Shown here: positions 14,761 through 28,109 of the stretch, piece by piece | How positions within the stretch are numbered: position 1 is the stretch's first letter | How the letters are laid out: every line of letters begins with the position of its first letter | From: Geosiphon pyriformis uo1 | Taxonomy: Eukaryota > Fungi > Glomeromycota | Assembly (NCBI GenBank): GCA_016748015.1 | Contig: JAAOMT010000595.1 | Coordinates: 66,282 to 130,281 of the forward strand | Direction of reading: 5' to 3' | DNA length: 64,000 nt | Notes under the pieces: generated by a model | What the model saw: the letters and a program-made list of their open reading frames with translations, nothing else | What the model was told of the DNA's origin: nothing | Database searches by the model: none | Position numbers and translations under genes: made by a program

Positions 14761-17700
14761 ATTCCTTGGCCATGGTTGTCAAAATATTTAAGTTGTAGAA
14801 ATGGTTGATTTTCAAGAAGATAGATAGGGGTGGTTGTTAATTTTTCTATCAGTTCAGATACTCCAAATTCGATTTCATTTTCATCATTCTCATCTGGCAG
14901 GGAAATATTAAGAGCATAGCATTCTAAACACTATTGGTTATTACAAAGCATAACACATTCTTCACATAATTGAATGTTCATTTGCTCTAATCATTGAATT
15001 TGAGCTTCTTTGGTTGAATATGTATGACTTGCAATTTGGTGATAGGTTTCTACTTTATCTTCATAATCAAATTCAGCTAATTCTATAATATATTCAATGT
15101 ATTTAGTTTTTTTTATTTGGCAGACATCTTCTTGGGTGGCTCCATTAATTAATGCCATTGCTAAGTCAAAAATTATTTTAGTATCATGAGGGTAGTAATA
15201 GAGTTTATTGAGAATACTGTTGTATGCTGCATCAAATGGTGTTCCTTTTCTGATTTTTTCCAAGATTAATAGAGCATATTAACAGGTTTGATCACATACT
15301 CCTTCTTTCATTGCAACATCAATCCAGTTGTATTCTTTTGGTAGCATATTTTCATATGTGAGACAAGGTGTGTTATCCTATTTTCCACTTTTTTTTGGAG
15401 ATCCAAATCGTTCCCTATAACATGCTTTACAGAAGTAGCAGATGTGAGTTTCATATTCCTCTTCTGGAGAAATACAAGCTTCCATAGGTGAAAGCTTCTT
15501 CTTGCAATTTTTGCATTTTAGTGGGATGTATGGTGGTTTTTTTTGTGGTTCCGGTGTGGAATATCTGACTTTCTTCCATTCTCTTGATTCTTCAAAATTC
15601 TTCTGTTCTGTTTCTTCAGCCCAATTGGATGTTGATTCAATAGCCATGTAGGTTTCAGTAAATGGCATTTCCTTCTTTTTCTCAAATTTGAATACTGGGG
15701 CTTTTTCTGACTGTTTGTTGAAAGTATCACAGGTTGCAGATACTATAGTGTATTGTCCTTGATATGATATTTTGAGTTTCAGAGTTTCCCAGTCTAAGTT
15801 TGTATTGGCTTTGAGAAGCCAATCATTTCCAATAAAAGTTTGGTATTGGGGTGTATTTATAACTAAGACTTTAACTGGAATGATGATTCTATTAATGGTG
15901 AATAGAAAATTGTCAATTTTTTTTACTGGTGTCTTTTTCATTTCATCTGCTGTAACAATTACTATTTGGACTGGTCTGTTGACATTTTGATTGAGTTGTT
16001 GCATTAATTAGTAGGTGATAATACTTCCAACAGATCTACTATCTAGAATTAATCAAATAGGCTTTTCTTCTATTGTAGCTTCAGTGTACATGGCAGTAAT
16101 GGCCTTTTGCTTATTTACTGCTGCATTGCTAAGCAAAAATGGTGATTCATTTGCTTCAAATTCGAATGAAAATATATCTGAGAAATTGGCATTTTGAGCA
16201 ATTTAAGCTGGTAGAATAATATTGTTGGAAGGGTTTGATTTTGGTGCTGTAGCTTTACCTTCAGAAAGTACAGTTTGTTGAAAATTTGATTCTTTTTGTA
16301 TTATTAAATAACTGGGTTGAGTGTGAAACTGAGTGGGTCTTTGTTGAACAGAATTTCGAGGAACTAATTAATTATTGTGATTAAATCTGTTGTTGTTTGT
16401 TAAAAAACGGTTTTGTGATGTAAATTGGTTTTGTTGGATCAATTTTCTGGCTGGTACTTGATATTGTTGAGTGGGTGGTGTCTGATATTGCTGAATTGGT
16501 AAAGATTGCTGATATTGTTGCTGAATTAGTTGTAAAGCTGGTTGATAGTAACTGTTTTGATTTTGTGGTCTTGGTGGGTAATAAGTTGGTAGTGGTAGTT
16601 GGTAATAAAATTGTTGTGGTGAAGAATAACATTGATTACTTCTGTTTTGCTGGTCTCTCTGTAATTTCTTGCAATCTTATTTCTAGTGTTCTGAGATTCT
16701 ATAGTAATAGCAATTTTGAGGTTGGTTGTTAGATAATAATCCAAAATTGTTCTAGTTGTATTATTGTGGAGGTTGGTATCTTTGTAGTTGTTGCTGCTGT
16801 TGTTGTTAGTTGATAAAGTAGCTTTCAACTTTTTTTGTGAGTTGGTCTATTTTTTTTTCAGCTGCTGAGCTGGTTTCTCCAATAGCTAGGTTGACAAGTT
16901 TGGTGTGATTTGCTTCTTCTATTGCCATTTCATAGTTTTTTGCATGTCTAATGGCAGTTACTAAGTCTTCTAAAGCATGTGGATGAACTTTCTTAATGAG
17001 TTTGTCTTTTAATTTTGCTATGAACTGATCCAAAATCTGGGCATTGGAATAGTATTCATTGGTTTCTAATTGTCAAATTTGTCGAATAAGTTTATTAAAT
17101 CTCCCAAGATAGGTCATAACAGTTTCAGATGTTTTTTGCTTAATATTGCAAAAGCAGTTTCTAAGAATGATAGAGGTGTTGTTGTCAGTAAATTGTTGTA
17201 GAAAAGCATCTTTGAATGCTTGCCAGTTTCCAAATGGTTTTTCTAAGTTTTTAAACCATTTTTCTGTAGTTTCTTAAAGAAAGTATGGAATTGCTTTAAG
17301 CATTCTTGCTGTATTCTAACCATTTGCATCTTCTGCTTTTTGAACTTTGTCAAGTTATTCTTAAAGGCTGATATCATTGTCTTCACCAGTAAATTCTGGA
17401 ATTTTTGCAATATAAGCAGTTGCTATTTCTTCTTTGTTTTCTGTAGTTTCTTCTTGTTCTGATTCAGTTTCTTCACTTTCCAAGTTTTCTGAATAATTAC
17501 TTTTATTTTTTTGTAAGTAATCAATAATATTGGTGCTAATTGATATGGGTTTCTGCTGTTGAATGGGACTTTTGGGTAACTGAAAATCTTCTAGTCTTGA
17601 ATTTGGTGTTTGTGGTTGAGCAAGTGAAATTAGAAATAGTGTAATAGAAAGTGGTAATTTGACACTGGTTCTTTGTTTAGGTGTTTGCAAGTGTTTGGCA

Positions 17701-18150
17701 ATTGTCTTTGGTAATATTGGAGTGTTTGGAGTAGTTCTTGAGTATTGTTTCACTTTTTGTTTGTCTTTATTGCTTGTTTTTGTTTCTGATTCAAAGTCAA
17801 AAGAGTATTTGGACTGTACTGAGTATTTTTCTTCACAATACTCAATAATGTTAAAATTAAATTCTTGGAAGTAGGTAGCAAGTGTTTTACTGTTCAGGTC
17901 TTTTATTCTCAATTGTGAATAGTGCACTAAATTATTGTAGAGGTTGTTTCTGACTTCTGAAATGTTGTAGTTTTCAAAAAAATAGTTGTTAATATGATTT
18001 TCAATGTATTGGTATAAAGATTTCTTGAAAATTTCAATTCCGTCTTGAACGTTAAATCTTTGCTTGCAGTGTGTATAAGTTGACTGATAATACTCTAAAG
18101 TTGTTGTGTCTGATGTGGTCACTACTTTGAAGTTGTTTTTGCTGTGTTGT

Positions 18151-18168
18151 TTTTATGGAAGAGCACCA
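18151..18168 (-). promoter_or_regulatory. Primer binding site of A2
   Basis: TGGTGCTCTTCC, 2 nt after the 5' LTR end. Complementary to a tRNA 3' end ...GAGCACCA. Confidence 0.75.
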
Positions 18169-18170
18169 AA

Positions 18171-19144
18171 TGCTACTGGAGGTTTTTGGTCTCTTTTCTT
18201 GAATGTTGTTAATGTTAATTTGCTGTAAATTCACGTTTCCAGAAAGTAGTTGGACCTCTAGTAACTGAATTTATTTTCAAATTATTTTCTATAATTTGAA
18301 CTACTGGGCTTATAAATGGAATGGCCAATTCCTTGCCAGTTATTTTATGTAGTTACATTGTAGTAAATATCAACTCTTTTTCAGGAATTGCTCGTTTGGA
18401 AGCTCACTAAACCTGTGTAGTTACTTTGCTGTAAAAGTCAACTTTTCTATAGAAATCTCGTCTATAAGCTACCCAAATGATTATGATAAGAAAAAAAAGA
18501 AAAATAAAAGAAATGTAAAAGAAATAGAATTTTGTCAAGGGAAACGTTTTCTATCCAGGCCTGAAATCACTAACAGTTCATTGAAATTGGTAGCTAATCA
18601 ATTTTAAAACATTAGTTGTGTTGAGAGAATTTCAAGTGTAATAATTTAAGAATTTGGTTTTCGAATATTTTAATTTTTATTTAATTTTGTAAAAGGTGAT
18701 TTGTTTCAATTAAGATATCTAAAGTAAGATATTATGATAAGATATTATAAGAAGAAGATACATTTTCTTGAGGAGAGAAGCTTTTCTTTAATACAATTTG
18801 TTATAGTACTAGTTTTTGAACTTGCACTTTTCTTTTTGCTACAATTTGAGTGAACTAAAGATACATTTCGGTGAACTTACAAGTTATTTCACTAAACTAT
18901 TGATTATTTCGGCCAATTTTCATTAATTTCGGCGAATTTTGATTATGTTAATGATTCAAGATATTGTGTAATTTGATCATCTTAATTTCTAGAGTACAAA
19001 TCGGATTATTGATTGAGTAATGATATTTGATAATTTGATTAAATAATAAGTGATAATCAAAATAATAATAATATATGCTAATTAATAATAGGAATTATGA
19101 AGGTAATTTCATGCTAATTAATAGCTAAAATTTTACTGGTAACA
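18171..19144 (-). repeat. 5' LTR of A2
   Basis: TGCTACT...GGTAACA; pairs with 7311-8284. Confidence 0.92.
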
Positions 19145-20432
19145 ACATATTCATGAAAATTTTTTTGATCACCACAGTCTGATCTGATCTGATTTTTTGT
19201 CTTTTAAGATTACTGTTTACTATAATATTCTTTTCTTTAGCCAATGACACAGCTTTGTTCATGCTCTTCTCTGATATAAACATTGATCTGATAATCTCTT
19301 TAAATTTTAAGAAAATAGTGGCCCCCCAAAACCATTAATCATTGAAAAAAAATTTCTAATAACTTGCATTTTTACAATCATTAATTTGTTTTCTATTGCT
19401 GAAAAATTAATGTTCAACATGAAAGATTTTCTAACTGCTACTTTTATCTGAGTCTTAACAATCTTGGAATCAATCTATCTGTTGTTTAAAGAAATATTAA
19501 TGGGAAAAAAAAAGAATAAGATCTTTTTATCTATGTTAAAATTAAGAGAACCAAGAAAAAAACTATAAATTACATCAGTATTTACCCTTTTTGTCTTGGA
19601 AGTAATAGTCACCAAATTCAAAATAGACTCACTATTGATATTTTTCATTATATTATTGTCTTTATTACTATTAGACTTACCATTAACATTCAAATATAAA
19701 CTACTAGAATCAGATCTAATTAATACTACATCTCTTTTATTACCAGAGTGCTTAATATTACCAAGAAGAACTCTTTTTTTTTAAGAGAAAGACTTTTTAA
19801 TAAGACCAGAAAAAATTCCTTTGAACACTTTTTTTTTTAATATATTATTACTAAAAACAGCTTCTAAGTTCACAATAAATGAATTATTAAGTTGAAAAAT
19901 GATAAAAGAAAATAATAAAATAAAAAACAAAAAACTTCTTTTTTAAAAATAGGCTCTTTGGAGAATTTAGATATTAAAAAAAAAAAGTTTAAGTTTTTAT
20001 AAAAACTTTTTATATTTAATAATACTAATTTAATATTAATTAAAAAATAGATAAATTTTTAAATAAAAATATATATTATATCTAAATTATTGTTTTTTAT
20101 TTATTAATTTTTTTTGTTAAATTGTTTTTAATAATAAAATATTTTTAAATTGGTTTTATTTAAAACTATTTATATTTTTAATATTATATTTTTATAAATT
20201 TTTGTTTATTTGTTTTTATAAAACAATAAATTACATATTCAAAAAATTATTTAAATTAATTAAAATAGAAACAGTTTTGTGATTAATATTAAAAATTTAT
20301 TTATATTTAATATATCTTAATTACTTATTATATTTATAAATAATATATTAAAAAAACTTCTTTCTTTTCTTCATCCAAAATTCCCAAAAAAGAGTTAAAA
20401 GTTTTTTTGAAAGAAGTTTTTTTACCATTCAG

Positions 20433-22289
20433 TATGATAAGTCAAAACCATTCTTCGATTACGAGGCCACTGTTGGCTTTGTTATTGCTGTTATAAAAAA
20501 AACTATTAAAGTTTCTGGTTCTGAGAGTGGTTTCAAGGCAGTAGTATCAAGGAAAAAGAGGAAGAGAAGTGTGTTGACAGAGGGAGTTGATAATAGAAAG
20601 GTTGCTATTGAAGCTCCTGGTGTTTGTTTATGGGGTTCAGAGACTGGAAACACTACTGAGTCTGAGAGTGTAGATATGAAAGAGGAGTGTCTGGTAGAGG
20701 AGACCAGCTTTGATTATGGTGAAAGTGGTGCTCTGACTGGTGGGAATCATGATCAGACACCCATGAATTCAAAAGTTAAAACCAAAAAGGCATTGGGCAA
20801 GCCATTGGGAAAGATTGATTTCTTAAAAGGTAGTAATGATGATGGTGTTCTCTCGGATGCTCCTCTTGAGCTCTCCCCTCCTATGAAAAACTTGGTCAAT
20901 ATTTGAGTCAGGAAGTCATTCGCATTGGATATTAACTTGGATAAGGTGGCTGGCAAATCTTTTTAGGAAAAGCTTGTGGTGGTAAGGAAATTGTTTTCTA
21001 GAATCAATAATTTTGGGGGGGGGGCGTCTACCCTCTTAAAATTCTCAAGAATCATCAGAGCGACATTCACTTCCGAATCAAGTCTAATAAAAGCTATTAA
21101 TAAGGCTGCAAGTGCAAAGATCCTTGTAAACACCGATTTCAAAAAATCTTCTGAGTGGTCAGATCAGACTGTGGTCATAAAAAAAATTCCAATTGGAATG
21201 TCAGCTAAGGCTGTGTACACTACACTATCTGAGTTTGAAGTTGTTAAGACAATCAAGATGCAATTAATCAGGCTGTGACAGAAGACAGTGGTAGATTTTG
21301 AGCAATCAGATCAAGCTGATTTGGTTGCAGCTGAGTGGTCCATTCTGATCAGAAAAGATGTTGTATGCGTGGTTAGGGCTGATTCAGACAAAGAAGTGTG
21401 GGATGCAAGGGATCAACATAGGGCGCTGCTCTACACATTGCTAATAGGGACTAATGTTCATAATATCTGGGATTTTGTTAGATCTGTGGGTGGGAAAACA
21501 TGCGTCATTGATCATCATCCTGTTATATATACTTGGGCCAGGTGCACTGTTGTTTGCTTCGACTCTGCTGAATCATTGAATGCTGCTGTGGAAACCATGC
21601 CAGTACTTAAAAATGTCAATCTCTACTGGTCTTGCTTCATTTTTGCTAAATGTGCCAAGTGTGAGAAGTTGGGTCATACGTCATTGGGCTGTGTAGTTGG
21701 TGGAAAATTTTCTTCTGGTAATTCGTCGCATAGAGCTTTCTCGGACACAGATAAAAGCAGGCTGGCAGCCATCTATGCCAAACACTTGGCTCCAGTTGTT
21801 TATCTGGTCTTTTTTGGTGGTCTATCTTGAGCAAAGATTGCTTGCAGGTCTTTTTCTCTCCCCCTCTCTAGTCAGAATGTTTTGGTAAATGATGGCTCCT
21901 CTTTGGAGATGAAGCCATTCCTACTGGTTATGATAGAGGTCAACAATAGGTTTGCTGCTCTTGAGTGCAGTCTCACCAGCCTTGTGAAGCAAGTTAGTAA
22001 GCTGGCTAAAAGGTTGGATACACTCGGGCCAATGGTTCCCCAGCCTAGCCCTGGATGTCAGCCATTGGTAACCCTTTCATCACAGGATCAAGGGGCGGAT
22101 GTAGTGATGAGTGAGGGCTCGGGTGTGTTCACTAGTGGTGGGACTGTCGTGGAAGTGGTGTCTTTTGATATGTCTTCAGTGTCTAAGCTAAAAAACAGCA
22201 TGAAGTGTCTAATGGAAACGGTTCTGGGTCTTTTGGCCAAAGTAGATAATATAGGTGCACATTCGGTATCCCTACCTCTCACTCAATGA
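20433..22289 (+). pseudogene. LINE ORF1 (RRM-like, CCHC knuckle, coiled coil)
   Basis: Track ORFs 20571, 20976, 21288 and 21882 are all in one frame, separated by stops. Confidence 0.85.
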
Positions 22290-25200
22290 GCAGTTTGGTC
22301 TGGAAATTTGCTATGTGCAACGTCAGGGGCATGAACAATCCCACTAAGCAGGAGAATATTATTAGGTGACATAAGGATATGAACAATTTGGTTTCTATTG
22401 TTACTGAAACAAAGTTAAGAGGTAAAATTTGTCTGTAGATTGCAGATAAGTTTGATGGTGTCCAAGTGTTTACTTCTGGTTTAGACTCTGGTCACTTGAG
22501 TGCAGGTGTCACTGTTATCATGGACATTTCTTTGGTTTGTCATGTGTGCAAGGTTTCTGAGGTACCTGGTCAGCTCCTGTCCATTAAATTACTTTTCAAG
22601 AGAAAACTTTCTGTGTTGATTCTGGGGCTTTATGCTGGTGTTTCTCTGGCAGTTCAGTTCTCTTAGGCTGGTAAAATCAACTTTCTCATTGCAAAAGCTG
22701 TCAATAAATCTTCTTTTATTGTTCTTGGTAGTAATTTCAATGAAGATGGTTCTCGTAAGTGTGCAAGTTTTAGGAAGTGCCTTGATTTGGGTCTGACAAA
22801 TTCTTTGGTCAGAAGCCCGGCTGTGAAATTGCCCACTTGAACAAACTCTAAAGGTGTTAGAAAAATGATTGACTATGTATTGGTTTCTTCAAATTTGGTT
22901 AATACAATAGTACACCACAGTGTTTTAGATGTTGGTGAGCATTTTGAAACGGACCATCAGGCTGTTTCTGTATCTTTGGGTTTGGGTGGTTTATTGGATG
23001 TACAGTTGAACTCTTTTCACAAACAGGCGAATAGAGATTGTTGGAAGTTTAATTTTAAGGGTGCTAATGATGTGAAATAAAACAAGTTCAAGGGTGCTAC
23101 GGCTGCTAATGCCACCATGTTCTCTAATGATTTTATTGCCTCCCAGTGATTCTCAGATTTGGATGCGATGTGGGACATTGTTTGCAAGATAATGGTTCTT
23201 TCAGCTGATGAGATGTTCAAGAAGAAATGGTTTAAGGACTATGATAGTGTCTTCACTAGGAAATCATCCAAATTTCATGAGATTAGAACTTTTGATATCG
23301 AAGCTGGTTAAGGCTTCTTGGTCGATTTGTTGTGACAAATTTATTTCACTGTTGGACATCTGGGGTTCTCTTGATGATGATAACACCTTTGTGGTCAGAT
23401 CTCTTTTTTTCTCTGGCTCTCCTCTTGATACTGTTTGGTTAGCTCTTTCCAAGGTCAGAAAAACCTATCACTCACTTAAAATAGTGGAATCGAAGTGTGT
23501 AGAGGAATTTTATATTAAATCAGTAATCAATAAGAGGATGGAAAGTTTCGAGCTGAACAAGAGTCACCCTATTCGGAGTGTTCTGGAGTGCCCTTTCCAT
23601 AAAGTTGTTTTGAATCACTTAGTTGTGAACAATGAGCTGATTTTGGAACCTGGTCCTGTGAGATCAAGGGTGGATGAAATCATGAAAAGATAGACTAGAA
23701 AGCGTAGGGTGGTTCCCGATGTCCCTAATGTGTGGCACCATCAGTATCGGCCATTGGATTATGTTTTTGATGAGGCTTTTTTTGGTGTAATGCAGCCAAT
23801 TGAGTTTTTAGAATTGTTTGACATGGTTTCTGATCTGCTTATTGGCAAGGCTGCTGGTCTTTCAAATATTTCAAATAAGCTGTGGATGCATAGTGACAGG
23901 TCTGTTCTGGATATGCTCTTGGTGCTTCTGAATTCTTGTCTGTCTCATGAGTCTGTGCCTGGTCTTTGAAGAGAAGCTTGGGTTTCGATGATCCCTAAAC
24001 CATATGAGTGAGAAGGTGTTCTCACAAATATCCGATCTATAGCCTTGATCAAGATGGCTCACAAGATCCTCTCCAAGATTCTTTCTGACAGGATATCACT
24101 GGTGTACAGTACTCATGACATTCTTCATGGGAATAATTTTTCAGTTTTGAAGGGTACAACTACCCAAACTCCTATTTTTGCTATTGGTTTGGTTGTTAAG
24201 AATGCTTTAAAGAAGAACAGGAAGCTCTGGCTGGTATTACAGGACATGTGAAAAGCATACGACTCTGTTGGATAAGAGCATCTCAAGAAGTGTTTGGTCA
24301 GGATCAAAATGTGTGGCAATTTATTTGCTTTTTCAGTAACATTCATAGGAATCGGACCAATCAGATTATGATGGATTTCAGTTTAACTGATGGTTATAGT
24401 GTACATGATGGGTTGGACCAAGGAGAAGTTTTTTCCCCCCTTCTTTGGTGCATATTTTATGATTCTCTTTTGTGTGAAGTCAAGCGTCAAGAGAGTGTGT
24501 GTGAATATAGACTCAATTCCCATTTTGTCTCTAGGAGTGATCACGCTAAATCTCAGGCTGGGTTTTCTACTTTTTTTGCTGCTGGGGCCTTTGTTGATGA
24601 CACGATTTAGGTTGGCAGCAGTCAAGCTGCTATTCAGCATATTCTCAATGTAGCTAGTGAATTTTTTTGGATTAATGACATTTCAATCAATAATGACAAA
24701 ACTGTAGTCATTCCTATTAATAGCAGAATCAGCAATCTGTCTCTTTTCATCAGTGGTTCACCCATTTCCATAGCCAAAAAAGGTGAATTTCATTGGTATC
24801 TTGGTATCTTTCTCTCAACTAATGGTCTTTCTAAGTTTAGTTTGGCTAAAACGCATTCGGACATTTGTTTTTCAGTAATTTGGTTCTAAAGAAAGCAGTT
24901 TCAGATAAGCAGTTCTTGTACCTGGTGTCAGCAGTTCTCCAATCTATAGTCAGCTATAGGATGCAGTTCAGCTTTGTCCCTGTTAGTGTGTGCGACAAGT
25001 GGGATGCTCTGATTTGCAAGGGTTTGAAACTTAAATCTGGTCTTCTTCTTGATTTTCCTAGTAACACGATTTATCATCCTTTCTTTTATGATTTGAGGTC
25101 CTTCTCACAATGTCAGTCTGAAGGCAAGATTGCTTTACTTATTAGTTTTGCAAACTCTTACAGGGTTCTGGATCAATTGTTTAGTCACAGGTCTCATGAC

Positions 25201-26964
25201 TTGTAAGTTCTGTGTTGATGCCTCATTCATCTATTGAGTTCACCAGCTCATATCCGTGTCTGTGTTTCCAATAATTTCTTGTTAGGTTTGGTATGCATTC
25301 TTCTTGAATGCAATTTGTTTTTAGGTGGCTCTTTGGCCAGCTCTTTTCGGTTTCGTGATGGGGTTCTTATGTTTGCTGTTCTGGACAAATCTTTGTTTTT
25401 CAAATACTTGCCTTCTTTCCAGCATTATGGCATTGTCTTTATGGATCAGCTTTGGGATCGTCATGGGGATATCTTCAATTGGTACACCTTTAAGTAGTGG
25501 AAGAAACTGGATCCTCATGATCTGGTTCCTGAGTGGTTCTGGCACTCTGTTGCATTTCTCAGTGGTGCGCCTCCCTCTCCTTTGGCTTTGAGTGGTGTTG
25601 GTCCTGTGGACATTTGTGGTTCTGATGATTTTGTGTTTATATGTGATCATCTTTCTCAGGTTGGTGCTGATAGTTTGTCTGTATATATGGATGGATTGGT
25701 GAAAAATTTGGGCACGACTGGTTGTAGAGCCGGGGCTGCTGCCTTTTTTGAAGACATTAACTTGGGTTTAGATGTCTGTGTTCGGGGTTTGATGTTGTCT
25801 ACTTTGGCAAAGTTGTAGGCTATAGCATTGGCTCTGGAGTGCATACCTGTGAATCGTTCTGTTTGCCTGTTTTCAGATAGCCAGGCAGCTTTGAATGCTT
25901 GCAAGTCGGAGGTTAACTTGGTGTATCCTGATTTTTGCAATCGGTGTTGGGTTGAGTGCCAGCATATTTGGAATATTATCTGCAAAAAAAATTTGAGGGT
26001 TAGTTGGCACAAAGTCAAGGGCCACTTTGGTGTGTTGAAAAATGATTGTGCCAATAGCATCGCTAATGCTGCAGCTCTCTCTGATTGGTTTCTCCTTTCT
26101 TGTGTTGCTGAATGGTTTTTGTTGGCAGATGGTGGTATTGTTTCTGGTAATTTTAGGCACTTTGTTCAAAATGTTTTTTGTGCTGTCTATCAGGCATGCT
26201 GGGAGGTCAGTTTTGGTTCTAGGTTTCTAGTTGGTGATTTGCACTCGGATGTCGATTGGCTTATCTCTTCCAGAGTTTGGCACCCAGATTTGCATATGGT
26301 GACTGGTTTCACCAGCAGGCACACTGCTGATATTTGTGCTTATCTTATGAAGACTTTACACCATTGGCTTTCTGTTGCTGTTTGAAAGCACGTTTATGAT
26401 AAAAGTTACTCTAGTGTTTTGTGTCTGTATTGTGGTATGGTGGAGGTGTCTGATCATGTGTTTTTTTGTATGATTGATGATGTGGCTCGTTGTCGGGTTT
26501 TGGAATCCTGTATGTCTTCTTGGAAAGTGCTTTCTAGTCACTCCCTCTCTTTTTCAAGCATTTTACAGATGTTGTTGATCTGTGCTTCAGATTTCCTGGT
26601 ATTTTCAGCCCTTTGTAAGGGTTTTGTTTTCAAAGGATGGCTTTAGGAGGCTGTTTCTATCTTCCATAATCCCAGAGTTGCTGATGTTAAAATTGCTGAT
26701 TTTGTACACTCTATTTGTGTTGCTTTCAGGAATGACATTTGGTTGGTCTGTGCTAAGCATCATGCATATATGAAAAAAAATGGCCTGATCCCAATGGATG
26801 GCTCGGTTTCTGTCTCAGTTTCTGGTTTGGCTTCAAGATTCTCGAATGGTGTGGTTAAACTGCTTGGTGTTACTGAAGCTTTTGGCATTTGTTTTGGCTT
26901 TTGCAAATCTTGCTCTTTTTTTTCAGGTATTGGTAATCCAGTTACAGTTAATATAATTGCGTAG
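22286..26964 (+). pseudogene. LINE ORF2 (endonuclease, RT, RNase H, Cys/His domain)
   Basis: ATG at 22286 overlaps the ORF1 TGA. Motifs as listed for the element. TAG at 26962-26964. Confidence 0.9.
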
Positions 26965-28109
26965 TGTTGTCCTGACTGGCTCGAGTGGCTGGTCACATGT
27001 GGAAAGTGCATGATTTACACCTAGTTTAGATTATTTTTTTGATGTATAGTTCTAGATAGTATTTGGATCTCGCTTATTAAATAATAATAATAATAATAAA
27101 ATATATTAATAAATCCATAATTAATTATTTTTTTTTATTTTTTTTATTTTTTTAAATTAAAATCTTAATAATAAAACTATTAATAAAATATTAATTAAAT
27201 TTAAATTCAAATATTTTTTGAAATTAACATATTTTTTGAAGTTATTTTTATTAAAATTACTATTAAAACTACAAAAAAATCTTTATTTACAGTTTTAACT
27301 ATTAAAAATTAACTTTATTTAGTTAAATCAGTCTTATTCTTAAAAAAATATTAATATAAAAATCTAAAATTATTACAAAAAACTTATTTTTAAATAATAA
27401 TTTAATTAATAAAAGCCAATTAACTATTTCAAAAACTTAATATATATATTTAACTAAATAAATATTTAAAATAATAGCAATTTTAGAATATAAATAATTA
27501 AAATTTAAATCAAGAGTAAAAATTTTTATTTTATTAAATTTGTTTATAATTTAAGACTTAACTTAATTTTTTAATTTTGTTTTATTAATAGCAAATATTA
27601 AATTATTTATTTTTTTATAATGTTTTTTTATTTTGTAAAATTATTTATTTTTTTTATATTATATTATTATTTGTAAAGTAAAACAGAAAAAAATAATAGA
27701 AAATATAGTATAAATAATAAATAGCAGAATATAAAATTATTAGAACATATAATATTAAGAATTTTAAAAATACCAATAAATATTTCAAAAATGTTAAAAA
27801 TTCTAATAATAACTTAAAAAAATTGTAAAAATTCAGAAATTTTGTATTATAAAAATTTATAAAAATATTAAAAACAAAAAAAAACAAGCAAAATTAAAAA
27901 TAAGTTTAGTTTTTATCTTGTTAAATAACTTTTATAATTAACAATTTAATACTTAAAATTTAAAAATATTTTAATAAAATCATTAAATTATATTTATTTT
28001 ATTGAAATTTAATTATTTTATATTAATATTAATAATATTTAATATTATTATTAATATTAAGAAAATACTAATTTTTATTTTTTTTTGTTTTGTTTTATGT
28101 TTATTAATT

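Larger units (their letters stand above)
7311..19144 (-). mobile_element. Full-length Ty3/Gypsy LTR retrotransposon, family A copy A2 (gag-PR-Cys-rich-dUTPase-RT-RH-IN-ORF3), mutationally inactivated
   Basis: LTRs at 7311-8284 and 18171-19144 share a private GATAAGATATTAT duplication. TSD ACAT (7307-7310 / 19145-19148). PBS next to the 5' LTR, PPT next to the 3' LTR. RT SPWASPVVLVKKK/RFCVDY; dUTPase RSS...GFGSTG. Confidence 0.95.
5468..19960 (-). mobile_element. Degraded LINE (ORF1 plus the APE endonuclease part of ORF2), split by LTR element A2 at 7307-19148
   Basis: ORFs 6858-7187, 6218-6628 and 5334-5582 are homologous to ORF1/APE of the 20.4-27.1 kb LINE (GGKTCII, IDHKTVLV). ORF1 sequence SDQTVVIKKIFMN|ML is contiguous across the A2 insertion. 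Confidence 0.85.
20357..27100 (+). mobile_element. Near full-length non-LTR retrotransposon (LINE) with ORF1 and ORF2 (APE-RT-RNase H-Zn finger), inactivated by nonsense mutations
   Basis: ORF1 has RRM-like segments and CCHC CAKCEKLGHTSLGC. ORF2 has CNVRG, ETKL, IDYVLVS, TDHQAV (APE); KAYDSV, QGEVFSP, FVDD (RT); YMDG, SDSQAA, KVKGH (RNase H); CLYC..H..C. Ends in a (TAA)n tail at about 27078-27098. The 5' boundary is approximate. Confidence 0.93.

Noticed and set aside
16381-16828. Overlapping T/N/V-rich ORFs in alternative frames (also 59169-59519)
   Set aside because: Shadow frames of the CAA-rich low-complexity gag region
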